A stretch of DNA of 64,000 bases from an uncultured Nitrososphaeraceae archaeon (GCA_963837175.1 CAWIMJ010000039.1:32001-96000); one strand, 5' to 3'; shown: positions 1 to 12,431, counted from the stretch's first letter. Made by a program: numbers and translations. Notes: generated by a model from the letters alone, not told the origin.

Positions 1-216
1 AATAATGGTGTCAACAATATTCAGTTTAAATCAGAAATTATTGAAGATCCAACATCAAAAGTAGGATCTGTGCTAGTAGATTATGCTGAGCGTGAGAATG
101 TTGATTTAATTGTAATTGGTACAAGAGGTAGAACAGGATTTAAGAAGATGCTGCTTGGAAGTGTTGCATCAGATGTTGTAACATATGCACATTGTCCTGT
201 ATTAGTAGTAAAGTGA
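1..216 (+). CDS. uspA: universal stress protein (UspA family), 3' part only
   Basis: Frame 1 reads ...LVDYAERENVDLIVIGTRGRTGFKKMLLGSVASDVVTYAHCPVLVVK*, the canonical USP C-terminus; the start lies outside the window. Confidence 0.9.
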   Translation, partial: NNGVNNIQFKSEIIEDPTSKVGSVLVDYAERENVDLIVIGTRGRTGFKKMLLGSVASDVVTYAHCPVLVVK

Positions 217-411
217 AGTTAATGTATCTTTATTATTATTGTATTTTGCCAATTATTCTAGGATGTTAACAATTCAAACCAATAGGTGAAGTTTTGAGAT
301 CACAATAGAAGACAATTTCAGGTTCTCTTTTGTCTGTTTAAAACGTGGGATAAAGGTTTGACTCTACTATTGAGTCTACTATTTTGCAACATGCTTAATC
401 GACTGTTTTCT
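1..411. repeat. inverted duplication, copy 1 (uspA 3' end plus downstream region)
   Basis: Near-identical to the reverse complement of 7904..8309, including ~195 bp of non-coding DNA. Confidence 0.92.
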
Positions 412-899
412 AATAAAATGCTAATAATATACTGTTAAGAACAAGGAATGAATTGTAAGTATTTTAATACTAATGGCAACACTAGGAGGACTTGCTTCTG
501 ATATTATCAAATCAATCAGCAACATCGCCTTTACTATTATCATATATTTCTGACTCTTCCTTTAGATAGATATCACTTTGATTTGATGGGTTTTGGAATA
601 TAGATGATGACGGCTGCAATGCTGGTTTAGGATTGGAAGAAGCATTAGCAATAGAATTATTTACAATGCTTCAACAATTCCTATAAGAAATTATTATGGA
701 GAATAGAAAGTCCATGATATTAAGTGTAAGTTATTTTCTATATATTTTCATGCTAGTTATACGTATAGTTACCATAAATAGCATATTTGCTTAGATCACA
801 GCAAAAAGTTACAAATGCTACAGAAGTTACAAATGACCATATATTTAATACATTAAGAAAAGATGGAGCAATATACAATTTACAACAGAATACAACTTT

Positions 900-1332
900 G
901 CCTGCAGGAAAAGATATGACATACGTTGACGCAACTGATAGAAGGAAAAGTTGTTGTTGCGACAAGCAGTGCAGATAATCAAACCTTTATCTTTAACAGT
1001 ACTGATAAAAATATGATGGCTAAAATAAAAGTTGGCGACGTTCCAAAAGATATTAAAGATATCGCCTAATAGAAGAAAATTATGTCTTTGTTGCTAATGA
1101 GTTGCCTGGAACTATCAGCATAATTAACTTCAAGGATTTAAGTGTTATAAAGGAGATCTACGTTGGTCAAGTATCCCATAATATTGTATTTCCACCTGAT
1201 GGACTAAAGGGATATGTAACAGTTCAAGGAGAAGATAAGGTTGTTGTTATAAATACTAATAGTTTAGAAATTATTTCAAGGATTCCAACAGGAAATATTC
1301 CATTCTGGATATCAGTATCTGGAAATACTTAA
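900..1332 (+). pseudogene. YVTN/YncE-type beta-propeller repeat protein fragment
   Basis: Repeats such as GTISIINFKDLSVIKEIYVGQVSHNIVFPPDGLKGYVTVQGEDKVVVINTNS; upstream repeats are broken by stops and frameshifts. Confidence 0.7.
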
Positions 1333-1359
1333 CTTGCTTTATGTATTTTTATTTATTAT

Positions 1360-1890
1360 TTATTTTATCTCTGCGTTGACCTTTATTATATGAGACATAC
1401 TGTAAATAGCAGGACACCGCTCTTCTGCCATCCTTACCAATTCTTGAAGTTTCTGTTTATCTATGTCTTCACTTTTAGCATCAATATAAAAATTAATACT
1501 TTCTGTAATAGGTTCATCTGCAATATCGAAAGTTTTTGCAAAATTAATGTCGCATTCTGCATTGATGTTTAATTTGTTGAATATGATTCCTTGACTTGAT
1601 GCAACGCTTACAAATGTAGCAATAAAACATGAAGTAATGCCTGCAATACAATATCCCATTGGTCCTACTCTGCTACCATTCCCTCCTAAAAATGATGGTG
1701 AATCTATTTCTATAGTCTGCTTTCCTTTCTCATATGTTAATTCTGTTTTAAATTGATATCCATTTTGTAGATCAAGATTCCATTCTCCTTGCAGTTTGAC
1801 TGGTTTACGTAAGAATTGTCTATCCTTTTGTCCATTTTCAATAGTGTTTTGTATTTTATCAAGGTCTGTGTTATTTATGATATTTGCCAT
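1360..1890 (-). CDS. OsmC-like family protein
   Basis: DSPSFLGGNGSRVGP...GITSC and AEERCP motifs carry the two conserved OsmC/Ohr cysteines. Confidence 0.85.
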   Translation of the reverse strand: MANIINNTDLDKIQNTIENGQKDRQFLRKPVKLQGEWNLDLQNGYQFKTELTYEKGKQTIEIDSPSFLGGNGSRVGPMGYCIAGITSCFIATFVSVASSQGIIFNKLNINAECDINFAKTFDIADEPITESINFYIDAKSEDIDKQKLQELVRMAEERCPAIYSMSHIIKVNAEIK

Positions 1891-2231
1891 GATGAATAAT
1901 AAATTTTAAATTTATTAATAGTTGCAAGAAAAGACATTACAGGTAATAGTATTATTATTATAACATTGTTAAAAATAATTATCACAATTAATTTATAATA
2001 AGTTCCTGCATCAAATTGTAACCATATCTGATGATGTAATCTAAATCCTAATTGTTCATAGCAAAACTTGATAAAAGTCCCATTAGCACAGACAAAAATG
2101 TACTGTTTTTTGGTATTGGTTTTATAATTTCAAAATTTCAAACTATCCTTCTTCTTAGTAGAATTCAGAGTGTTATTTCAGAGTTATATTTGCAGGTCCC
2201 TTTTTAATTGAATATTGCTACAATTACTACT

Positions 2232-2705
2232 CTAACTCTTCCATTTATTCTCTTTATCAAATAATCTATTGCAATAGGCTCTTTTATAAAACATCTTATA
2301 CTTATGGTTGGAATATAATTCTCTTACAGCTTCATGATTCACTTCTCCTGGCAGACATAAAGCAAATCTTGACATTAAAATCTACTTTTAATATCTCTGT
2401 ACATAATTCAAAGCCATTCATATCTGGCATATTAATATCAATTTAGCAATAAATCATAGAAACTTGGCTTGAATTGTGATAATACTGATAGAGGATCATT
2501 AAACGTATGTATTTCAAGTTTACTGTTACTACTATTATTTTCCTCTTCTAAAGCTAATTTGAAGCTTAAAGTAATATCAGGATCATCATCTACAATTAGA
2601 ATCCTTTTGAGAAATAATGATTCTTCTTTTTTATCAGTAAAAGCAATAGTTTGATACTGATTGTTGATATGATGATAACCGTCTTTTATTTTTATTACCG
2701 TTCAT
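2232..2705 (-). pseudogene. single-domain response regulator, frameshifted
   Basis: Minus strand reads KRILIVDDDPDITLSFKLALEE...TFNDPLSVLSQFKPSFYDLLL / DINMPDMNGFELC with several frameshifts. Confidence 0.8.
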
Positions 2706-3151
2706 TAGTTTATGCGAGTTAGAAACTAATAAGGTTTCATTATTAAATTAGTCTAATATTAACCAGAAGCATGTAAATATTATATAGAAAACATGGTCTT
2801 GCTAAATAAAACATACATAATTAATTTTAATGTAAATCTATTAAAACCTTCTGAAAATGTTATAAATTGTATATTAATCCTGTTTAAGCCATCTGAAAAT
2901 TAATGTGTATTCTTAACATTTCTGGCATCTGATTGTCGTGTCGTAGAAGATATGACTATAAAGTCAATGAAATATAGCTTTACATTATCATAAATTTCTG
3001 ATTGTATTTTTCTATGTATCTAATAGGTAGGCTGGAAATTAATAGGATTCTTTATTTGAATAATTATAATATTTAATAGGCATTATATGGTAATCATTAC
3101 CATTTGTTACCAGAATTTATATATTCATATAACCTAATATTAAGCATAAAA

Positions 3152-3603
3152 ATGGTAGATAATAAATCAAAAGACGAAAGTAGTACAGTAGGATCAAGTA
3201 GCACAGGCCCTGTATTAGATACAGTAAGAGAAAACTTTGTCAGAGCAGTAGATCAGATATCAAGTGTTCAACCACAATATGCACAAGCATTCTCTAATCT
3301 TCAGCTAGATTATATCCAGACGGTAAAGAATGTGATAGAGAAGACAATTTCAGCTCAAAAGCAATTGGTAGGAAACTTTAACATCCCATTATCAATACCA
3401 TCATACACAGAACAATTTACAAGACAATCAAATGAAATTACTAACAAATACATTAAGAGCAGTTGACATTAACAACAAGTTAGCAATCAATGCAGTAGAT
3501 GCGGCAAGAGAGAATCTTAAAGTCTATAATAAAGCAGCTGACGCAGTAACAGAATTTAGCAATAATATCGCAAAGGCTAAGCAGTTAATGAATAATGAAT
3601 AAA
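3152..3603 (+). CDS. helical hypothetical protein, possibly phasin-like; one frameshift near 3460
   Basis: Q/N/A-rich amphipathic helices; coding continues in another frame (VDINNKLAINAVDAARENLKVYNKAADAVTEFSNNIAKA); the phasin link is an inference. Confidence 0.5.
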
Positions 3604-3978
3604 AGAGTATTAATATTAGATGATGAACCTGATGTTAATTTAGCGATAAAGATGGTTTTAGAAGATAATGGATTCAAAGTCGATTCATTTACTGATCCAT
3701 TCTTGGCATTGGAGAGTTTTAGAAAACAAGCTGGTATGTATGACTTGCTTATGCTTGATATTAAAATGCCAGATATGAATGGATTTGAGTTGTATAAACA
3801 AATAAAGAAGATACATGATAAAGTTAAGGTCTGTTTTCTGACAGCAGGTGAAATGGATTACGAACAGTTTAGAAAAGAATTATTTCCTGCATTAGATAAA
3901 AATTGCTATATTCAAAAGCCAATTGAAACTGAAACGCTGATAAAAAGACTAAATAGAATAATAGCGTCATCAGATTAA
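3595..3978 (+). CDS. response regulator receiver protein (CheY-like)
   Basis: VLILDDE, LLMLDIKMPDMNG, FLTA and KP motifs. Confidence 0.92.
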   Translation: MNKRVLILDDEPDVNLAIKMVLEDNGFKVDSFTDPFLALESFRKQAGMYDLLMLDIKMPDMNGFELYKQIKKIHDKVKVCFLTAGEMDYEQFRKELFPALDKNCYIQKPIETETLIKRLNRIIASSD

Positions 3979-4884
3979 ACTTAGCAATAATAACTTTGAG
4001 AGTAAAATATCAATATTAGACCAACCAGCAAATCCGCCAAATAGCTCCATTAATATTAGTTTAGTGATTATTCGCTCCCTATTCACAGTAATATACTCTA
4101 CATTTTAATGAAAAAGATGTTTACTAAGTTGAGTGTAAAAATAAGAAATTCCAAGTCAATAAAGCGTTCTAGAGAGTGCATGAAAGTATTTTATCTTATA
4201 AGGAGAATATACTTTAGTAATGTCATCTGAAAGCGAAGAGGATGATAATAAACAAAGACCTCCAAAGAACAGAGGAGAAGTATACACACAAGAACAACAA
4301 AGAATTGCAGAAGAAATAAACAAGTAAGATTCCGCATCAGCATCAATCATTAGAATCATTCTAAGCCTTATGCTACTCTTAGACTAAATCCTTTTACATT
4401 GCGCAAATGGATTCCATACACTAATGTATTGCATCCCACCGAACCCATTGTGATATCACTCCTTTATTAGGATGCCATGCGAATAAAAATGAGAAAAAAT
4501 TAAGTGTCTTAAAGTAAGAGGAGAAATAGAAGAATCATCAATAGACCCATATTCAATGTTCCTATTTTGCAATCATGTACATAATACTAGAGAGAAATGC
4601 ACTGGGAGGTTGAGATGTTTTTTGATTCTATTGGTATCCTGCGGATGCATGACAGAGCGTTCCAAAACCTTCTGTGAAAATGCAAAATATGATAACTGAG
4701 GAGTCTTTCGCATCGTTGTCCAATATATCCAGAAGCAAAGAGAAAAGGGTAGAAAGAAAGGAAGAACGTGCTAAAGGCAAATTCATGTTAGCTTTTATTT
4801 AATGAAAAGAGTAATAAAAGCTGTCAGAACTGAGAGATATTATTATTATAGAGAGAAATAATAAATTTCACTAGTATCATCTCA

Positions 4885-6711
4885 TGATAGTAGATGGATT
4901 TTAAAAAATATTATAGTATTTTTCCTTTAAACACACAGAAAATTACTATCCTTTCTATCATATTGATTATAGGAATTTCATATGGACTATTTTTTTATTT
5001 TCAGACTAATACAGAAAACAACATTAAAAACAGCTTATTTGATTAGCAAAAGGCAGCGACAGATAGACGCTACAGAAGCTCTTTCTCATCATATTAGCTC
5101 AATTTGGATTCGATTATGGCAAGGCTTCAGATGTTAGCTAATTCTGCAATATTGCAACAAGGAGAACTATCTGGTAATGAAACTACAAAATTATTACAAG
5201 AAGTATATAATCAGATAAACTCCATAACCCCAGTAGATAGGCTTTTTATTTTAAATAAAGACAACATAGCAACAATTAATATAATTCCAAAAGGTGAAAA
5301 ACCGTTTGTAGGTGTCAACTTCTCATATAGAGAGTGGGTAAAGCAAACAAAAGATGCGCACATGCCAGTATTTTCTAATGGCTTTGAAGGAATGGATGGC
5401 AAATAACAGAATAGCTTTAAATTATCCAATTTTAAATGAGAAAACAGGGCAGTATTTAGGGTTAGTAGGAGCTGAAATACCCACAATATCATTTTTTGAG
5501 CATTATGGAAATATCTATAATATAAAATCAAATATCTAGCGGTTTTAAATAGAAACTCTGTTCAATTAATTCATCCAGTTAAATCATTTATTGGGACCTC
5601 ATTCTTTGGTAGCCATACACAAGAAGTTACAGGACACAATACGATCCTAAATAACCTAATACGAAGAGTATTGTCAGGAAAACAAGATTTTGGTATTTAC
5701 GAATTTAAGAATGGTGAAAGACTAAATACAGGAAATCCTATTTTTGTTGCAGGAAAACCCATATATTTTATTTTTGTTATAACCCCTACTTCAACAATTT
5801 ATTCGCAGATCAATGATATAATTTCTGTACAAAGATTACAGACATTTTCACTACTTGCAGGCATAACTACTGCAGTTGTAATCTTAATTGTTTTTCTTAT
5901 TAAATGGAATAGTAGGTTAGATAGAGAGGTAAAAAGAAGGACAAAGGAATTAGATGAATCCAATAAGCAACTTGGACCGGCCAATAAAAAATTAGAATCA
6001 GCAAATAGAACAGCTAAAATTTCATGATAAAATGCAAAATGAATTTATCAATATAGCAGCATCTGAATTGAGAACTCCGATACAACCAATACTTGGATTA
6101 ACTGATGCTCTTCGTTCTAAAATAAAAGATACTGAAAAACAGGAAATTCTAGATGTTGTAATTAGAAATGCAAGAAGATTGCAACGACTTACAGAAGATA
6201 TACTTGATGTTACAAGAATTGAAAGCCATACTACTAGAACTCCAGAAAAAAAGATTCAATGCTAAAACACATACTTTGAAATTTGATAGAAGATCATAAG
6301 AGTCAAATTGCAGATAAGTAAAAATAAAAATGAATAAGATTTAAAGATTGTACACGAATCTAATGATGACGCTATATTTGTACATGCAGATACAGAAAAG
6401 ATTAATCAAGTAATTTCCAACCTTATCAATAATTCCCTTAAATTTACTAAATCAGGAAAGATATCTGTTACCACAGAAAAAAAAGATAATCAAGCTAATA
6501 GTTAGTATAAAAGATACTGGGACCGGCATTTATCTCTAACATTGAACCTAGACTATTTTCAAAATTTGCTTCAAAATCATCTAAAGGTACAGGTCTAGGT
6601 TTGTTTATCTCCAAAAGCATAGTAGAAGCTCATGGTGGCAAGATATGGGCTGAGAATAACTCAGATGGAAAAGGTGCCACGTTTAGTTTTAGTTTGCCGA
6701 TCAAATTATGA
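4885..6711 (+). pseudogene. membrane sensor histidine kinase (Cache-like sensor, HisKA, HATPase), degenerate
   Basis: Fragments FSYREW, TM segment, EFINIAASELRTPIQPILG (phospho-His replaced by Ser), QVISNLINN, GTGLGLFISKSIVEAHGGKIWAENN; TAG at ~5044 and multiple frameshifts. Confidence 0.88.
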
Positions 6712-6996
6712 ATAACAAGAAATTCTCCAATATTTATAAAATGATATTAATATATATATTCTGGGATATTTGTTTCTCAATCATCAATCTTTGTATTCTG
6801 AGAATGCATTTCTATAGATAGAATGAATCCTGGGAGGCACAATAGAGTCAATTCTGTCTTTTATATTCCACCGAACGTTGTGCTATCTCCTTTATTTGAA
6901 AAAATAAAAAACTAGAACGCAGAGGTTTAAGACATAAAGAAATAGAAAAAAATAATTTAACATACATAGGATAAAAGTTAGTTACCTTCTCCTTGC

Positions 6997-7274
6997 TACT
7001 ATTGTATATGTGTCTCTTCTACATACCATCTAATAGTATCCTTAAACTTTGACCACCAGTCTAAAAATGAATCAGCACTATCAGGAGCTTCAAATAACAA
7101 AAAACCATTATATTCGCTACATCATGCATGGATATATTCTTCTACAATCTCAATACCAGAGAAGGTAAGTTAATTTTTCTTTAATTCATGCCATTCATCA
7201 TAATTAGCTTTTTGTGTTTCTTCTTTATTTATTGCTTTAAAACGATAAAACACTAAGAATCCAGTAGATGTCAT
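6997..7274 (-). pseudogene. small ferredoxin-fold (GYD/DUF3303-like) protein, disrupted
   Basis: MTSTGFLVFYRFKAINKEETQKANYDEWHELKK / SGIEIVEEYIHA*CSEYNGFLLFEAPDSADSFLDWWSKFKDTIRWYVEETH. Confidence 0.45.
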
Positions 7275-7579
7275 ATATGTATAAGTAACAAGAACTCTAA
7301 TTATTTAAAAGAGTTCTATTTGTTAGAACATATTTTTACATTTATTTATTGCTACTGCTAGTAGTATATAATTCTCTAACTAAGAGATAAAATTATTACT
7401 TATCAGTCCTATTTTATGCATTTGCATCATATATATATTATGGAATGATATATGTGCAGATTTGATAGTTGCATTAGCATTAGCATTTTCTTTTTTACAC
7501 TATAAAACCTAAAGCAAGCCATACTAATTTAGATTAAAAAAATAATAATTAGTAGTAGACTGATTTTCTATTTTCTTAT

Positions 7580-7792
7580 TTATTCATCCTTAGTACCATT
7601 TATTTGACCGCTATGCAACCAGTCCTTTAAGCTCTTCATGACTTGGCTTAGCATCATGCTTTTAGCCAAATGAAGATGCAAAAAAGCATAATTAATTTGA
7701 TTTAGCAATGGCTTGTTTTGTTCATCACCGTTAAAGCTTTTCTGCTGGAAATCAGCTGGAACAGTCTTCCACCAATCGTTGAAACTTGTCAT
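7580..7792 (-). CDS. small hypothetical protein, probably with an internal frameshift
   Basis: MTSFNDWWKTVP...KPLLNQINY...LKDWLHSGQ has protein-like composition. Confidence 0.5.
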   Translation of the reverse strand: MTSFNDWWKTVPADFQQKSFNGDEQNKPLLNQINYAFLHLHLAKSMMLSQVMKSLKDWLHSGQINGTKDE

Positions 7793-7903
7793 CTTATGAA
7801 AAGTAATAGATTATAAAGACTTTAAAGATTGCATATCACTTAACTTTTTGGTTACTATACTGTAAGTCGCATATTACAGTATGCATTAAATTCGTCTGAA
7901 GCC

Positions 7904-8309
7904 AGAGAACAGTCGATTAATGTGTTGCAAAATAGTAGACTCTTGTCAAACCTTTATCCCACGTTTTAAACAGACAAAAGAGAACCTGAAATTGTCTTCT
8001 ATTGTGATCTCAAAACTTCACCTATTGGATTTGAATTGTTAACATCCTAGAATAATTGGCAAAATACAATAATAATAAAGATACATTAACTTCACTTTAC
8101 TACTAATACAGGACAATGTGCGATATGTTACAACATCTGATGCAACACTTCCAAGCCTCATCTTCTTAAATCTTGTTCTACCTCTTGTCCCAATTTACAA
8201 TTAAATCAACATTCTCACGCTCAGCATAATCTACTAGCACAAATCCTACTTTTGATGTTGGATCTTCAATAATTTCTGATTTAAACTGAATATTGTTGAC
8301 ACCATTATT
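7904..8309. repeat. inverted duplication, copy 2
   Basis: Reverse complement matches 1..411. Confidence 0.92.
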
Positions 8310-8600
8310 ATTATGTTCTTCATTGACTACTAATTTTTCAACTTTATCTAAGCCATTCTTCTGAGACTCTTTTCTTTTTTCTTCTAATTCTTTTGCTTCA
8401 TAGTAACCTGATGCTGTAGCAAAGAACGAATGGCTTAGCTTGGTTAAATCTATTACAGTTACTCCAATTAATTGTACACTTCCCGCTCCATTTCCTTTTC
8501 TATTCACTATATTTATAGCGTAAACTGCTGCTTTCATAGATATTTCTGAGCCATCTGTTGCTACTAATATTTTGGAAAAGTTTCTCCTTGTAATGGACAT
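8092..8600 (-). pseudogene. uspA: universal stress protein (UspA family), frameshifted near the 3' end
   Basis: FSKILVATDGSEISMKAAVYA N-terminus; the C-terminus matches copy 1 but carries single-base insertions. Confidence 0.88.
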
Positions 8601-9499
8601 ATAGCCATATAGTAGTAGTTGATATATTATATGGCTAAACTATAATAATTATTCTACAAATTATATATCATTGATAAAAAGGATTTTGTCTATACCGAAT
8701 TAGCGTTATTTCTTGCATCTTCCGTAAACTAAAAAAATACATGAAACTTTAAAGAAGTGAGTTAAATGGAGAGACTTCATAGAATCATTGAAATGGAGAG
8801 AGGATTGGGAATAAAGATGATTATTATATAATAATCAAATAAAATTAAACCGTCTCTAAGCAAGACTCAATATGACTGAATTTGATTGCTTTGAATGTTT
8901 ACATTGCTTTAAAACAAATAATCGAAAATAATAATAAAGTATACTATTGAATCCGTTACATGCAAGGTTCAAAACTCCCTTAAGACTACAATACGTTACT
9001 TTATATTGGTAGCGATATAATTAAAGAATATTATACGAACCCGTTTATACTAGGGTTAACCAGATATCATCCTCCATTATAATCTAGCAATTTTGATCCT
9101 AATTGATAAACTAGACTAGTAAATTGTTTGTTATAAATAGAAAACAGGTAAAATATCTTATAAAATTCGAATATTATTAGAAAAAATATTTTAAAAAATA
9201 GTAAGTGAGTGCACTTATCAATAAATAACAACAACTCCAGAGCAATCATATACATGCTAGACACATAATAACAATTGATTTCATACTATTGTTATATTCT
9301 GATATTTGTTTATTGGAATTATGACCCAGCCTCAATTACTTAATTAATTAATTGTTCTATTCGCTTGAAAGTTGATACTTATAGACAATATAAGAAGAGA
9401 TCAAAAGAAATCAAAAATCAAAAGCGTTAAGAGCATTGAGAATTAAATTTTACATCAATTACCATGTTGGCTGTCTCGGCTACTTTAAAGGCAAGTTTG

Positions 9500-10125
9500 A
9501 ATTTTTTCTAACATTCCATTTTCTATAGGTGCATTAAAAATATTGCACAAATATTGTAAATATGGAATCTAATCATTAACGCGGTTTCTTTCATCTATTG
9601 CTAATAATGATGTAACAAAAATAAGCCTACTTATCATCTCTTGTTCTTTATTTTTAATATCAAACTTTCCATCACAATCTTCAAATAAAGTCTCTAGTAC
9701 ATTTACTGTTTCATAATAATTTTTATTTTGAAAGTAAAGTTTCGCTAATTCCATTCTCGCATATTCCTGTACGTATGACAAATTGATTTCTAGATTTTTC
9801 TTAAGATAACTAATAGTCATTTCTTCATTATTGAACCTCTTCCTCATTAACTTTGAAATATTACTATTACATAATTGCAACGGCCATTCTTTATTTTTAT
9901 GATTCTTATTTGCCAAGTTTAATGCATCAAATTCCAATGATAGAGATTTATCATTATTGCCACAATGATACTCTACTAATGCTAATCCATTTAGTAATAA
10001 GATTTCAACATATATTCTCTGGTTTTCGTCTTGTATATTTGATATTATTGAAAATGCATATTTATACCACATCCTAGCCTTTTTTAAGGATGAAGAATTT
10101 CTTTTGATATATTGAACGATGGCGC
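9500..10125 (-). pseudogene. TPR-like all-helical protein fragment lacking its 5' end
   Basis: LLLNGLALVEYHCGNNDKSL and YARMELAKLYFQNKNYYETV are TPR-like; the N-terminal ~75 aa of the called ORF are an off-frame reading of the neighbouring gene. Confidence 0.55.
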
Positions 10126-10759
10126 CATCCATGGAATGCAACGGCATATTCAAAGTGACGCCCAATAACTGTTTTAAGCTTTGGGAACGATTCCTCGCTG
10201 ACATCCGTCGAAGTAATGTGCCAGCGGTCAAAGGCGCCACCGTGTTCTTTAAAACCTTTGCAGACCCATACAGAAACACACTTGGATGAAAGCTGTTTGC
10301 CAAAGTGTTCGGCTTGCTCATCCATGTATGGTTCGATATCGCCACCATGCGGGGCAATGACAATTAGTCCGTGATGATGGCCGTTGTCATCCAGCTGTTC
10401 AATAAATTCACTGTTGTATCTTGCCTGAGAAACAGTAGATCAACGGCTGTGACCTGAGCATTAAGATTGCCCGTGAAAGAATGTGTATTGGATAGACCTA
10501 AGCGCTTCCGAAGATCATCAAGATTTGTGTAGCCCACAAATACAGCATCTGAATTTTCTTCATGCGTATCAATTATTGTGTAGAGCGTGAGTGTTGTCCC
10601 GCTCGCTGTAGGTCTTTCTATACGAACTTGCTGACCTAGATCTCGTCCTATCATATGAATCTGATTAAGGTTTACTGCACAATGCTCCCGACGGTGAGAT
10701 GGGTCGAATCTGTCCTTATCCGGTTTAAATTGAGCAGCGTAGGAAGTTCTTCTTAACAT
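10118..10759 (-). pseudogene. poly-gamma-glutamate hydrolase family protein (PghP/Gamma_PGA_hydro-like), frameshifted and 3'-truncated
   Basis: Joining frames gives EFIEQLDDNGHHHGLIVIAPHGGDIEPYMDEQAE...AFDRWHITSTDVSEESFPKL...YAVAFHGW; the APHGGxIE, HITST and FHG motifs are typical. Confidence 0.78.
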
Positions 10760-10863
10760 TCTCCTAGATCTTTTCAAAAATTATTCTAGATGTATATACT
10801 ATAGTTATTTAAACTGATTCAGTTTTATAAACTGAGTACATTTTTCAGTTATTAATATAGAAG

Positions 10864-11017
10864 TTATTCCACTGCGTTTGCCCCTAATCGTCTTCTGATA
10901 CTAATACTCTGTGTATGACAATATCCATTGGATTATTTCTATTTCTCCACTAGCTATTGTTATACATTCTATTCTGGATCTTGTGCATTTCTTGCTTCTT
11001 TTTTTATTTAACTGCAT
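10864..11017 (-). pseudogene. EIETLQWVL-family microprotein remnant, copy A
   Basis: KKQEMHKIQNRMYNNS*W / EIEIIQWILS / QSISIRRRLGANAVE*. Confidence 0.65.
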
Positions 11018-11421
11018 AATTCACCTAGTAGGATTTAGATCTTACTTCTAAAAAGAAATTCTTATGACGATCTCTTTTATAAGTCCCAAGTAATGGTTGA
11101 AGTAGGTATAGCTGAATATTTCAGCATCGGAGAAGCACTTGGCATAATTGGTACGATGTTTATAGTCCTGTACTTCTCTAGGAAGCAAATGCAGGCGCTA
11201 ACCGTAGATATTGAAACAAAGGTTCTCAATGATTTAGATGAAAAAATGCATGGACTTACTCGGATGGCAGTTGAGCGACCTGAGTTAATAAGGATAGTCA
11301 GCAATGTTGAGTCCGACCTGACAGAAGAGGTAGCATTTACATATCATCTTTTGCATACCTTTGCGCATGTATATCATATGCACCAAGAAAAGTAGTAAGC
11401 GACAATGAATGGACTGATATA

Positions 11422-12431
11422 TGCTTTGTTGCATAACTCATTTAAACAATCTATCTTTATTCTCTTTTACTTATCTGATAGTTATGCTTTGAAACAAGTT
11501 GTACAAAGATGCTTTTAACATCATTTCTTTTACCATATTGTCAAATTTTATAGCAGTAACATATTCTCCAAACATTCTTTTGATACATGAGAAGACAGTT
11601 TCTACAATCCATCTTTGTCCATAGTTCACACTAACCTTCCATTGTTGTAAATTATTTTTCTGCATCTTCACCGTCTTATTTCTAAGGTAATGATTGGTCT
11701 TTCTACATCTGGAATTCTTTCTTACCTTTATTGCTGGTTTGATTCCTTTAAATGACAGAAATTGAAAATTATTGTTATTGTCATAGGCACCATCTGCAAT
11801 AATAGAGTCTACTATTTTATTCTGCTTTATTGTTATATCCTCTATCAATACAGGTAATACTTGAGAATCATGTACTTGTTCACTAGTAACATCTAATGAT
11901 AGGATTCTCTTCCTTTTGATATCAACTGCTATGTGTATTTTGAGATAACCTCTTTTTACTTTCCATTTATGTCTAATCCATTCCCCTCTGTTTGTAACTT
12001 TAAGACCAGTAGAATCAATTGCAATTACAAAATTATCAGCATGTAAATTAGATTTATCAGTATCATCTAAAGAAATCTTGATATCCAATCTATTTATTCT
12101 TCTGCTAATGTTACTATAATCAGGAATAGAGGGTAATGTATTGGAAGCATGTTCTCGTACTACGCCTTCAGTTTGTCGATAAGGCAAATGAAAGTATGCT
12201 CTCATGTATCCTAATAACTTGATAAATGAATCTGGATATACGAATTTTCTACCTTCTTTGTTCTTATTCATCTCTATTAATTCTGTATTCCAGTTATCAA
12301 TAACATCAAAATCAAGTAATATCTCTCCTCTCTTTACCAGAGATTCATTGTAATTCTTCCAATTTCTCACATAATAGGACTACAAGAGGTTAGCTAAATG
12401 TGTTAGCAGTAATGAGTTGTGCAACACAGCA
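11422..12431 (-). mobile_element. IS5-family insertion sequence with 21-bp terminal inverted repeats
   Basis: Left tgctttgttgcataactcatt and right reverse complement tgctgtgttgcacaactcatt (19/21) enclose an intact transposase. Confidence 0.93.
11471..12370 (-). CDS. IS5-family DDE transposase (IS903-like N-terminus)
   Basis: NWKNYNESLVKRGE, IAIDSTG, KIHIAVD, IADGAYD, YGQRWIVETVFSCIK. Confidence 0.93.
   Translation of the reverse strand: MRNWKNYNESLVKRGEILLDFDVIDNWNTELIEMNKNKEGRKFVYPDSFIKLLGYMRAYFHLPYRQTEGVVREHASNTLPSIPDYSNISRRINRLDIKISLDDTDKSNLHADNFVIAIDSTGLKVTNRGEWIRHKWKVKRGYLKIHIAVDIKRKRILSLDVTSEQVHDSQVLPVLIEDITIKQNKIVDSIIADGAYDNNNNFQFLSFKGIKPAIKVRKNSRCRKTNHYLRNKTVKMQKNNLQQWKVSVNYGQRWIVETVFSCIKRMFGEYVTAIKFDNMVKEMMLKASLYNLFQSITIR

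Noticed and set aside
9569-10363. 264-aa ORF as a single real protein
   Set aside because: Its N-terminal part is an off-frame reading of the PGA-hydrolase-like gene across a composition junction
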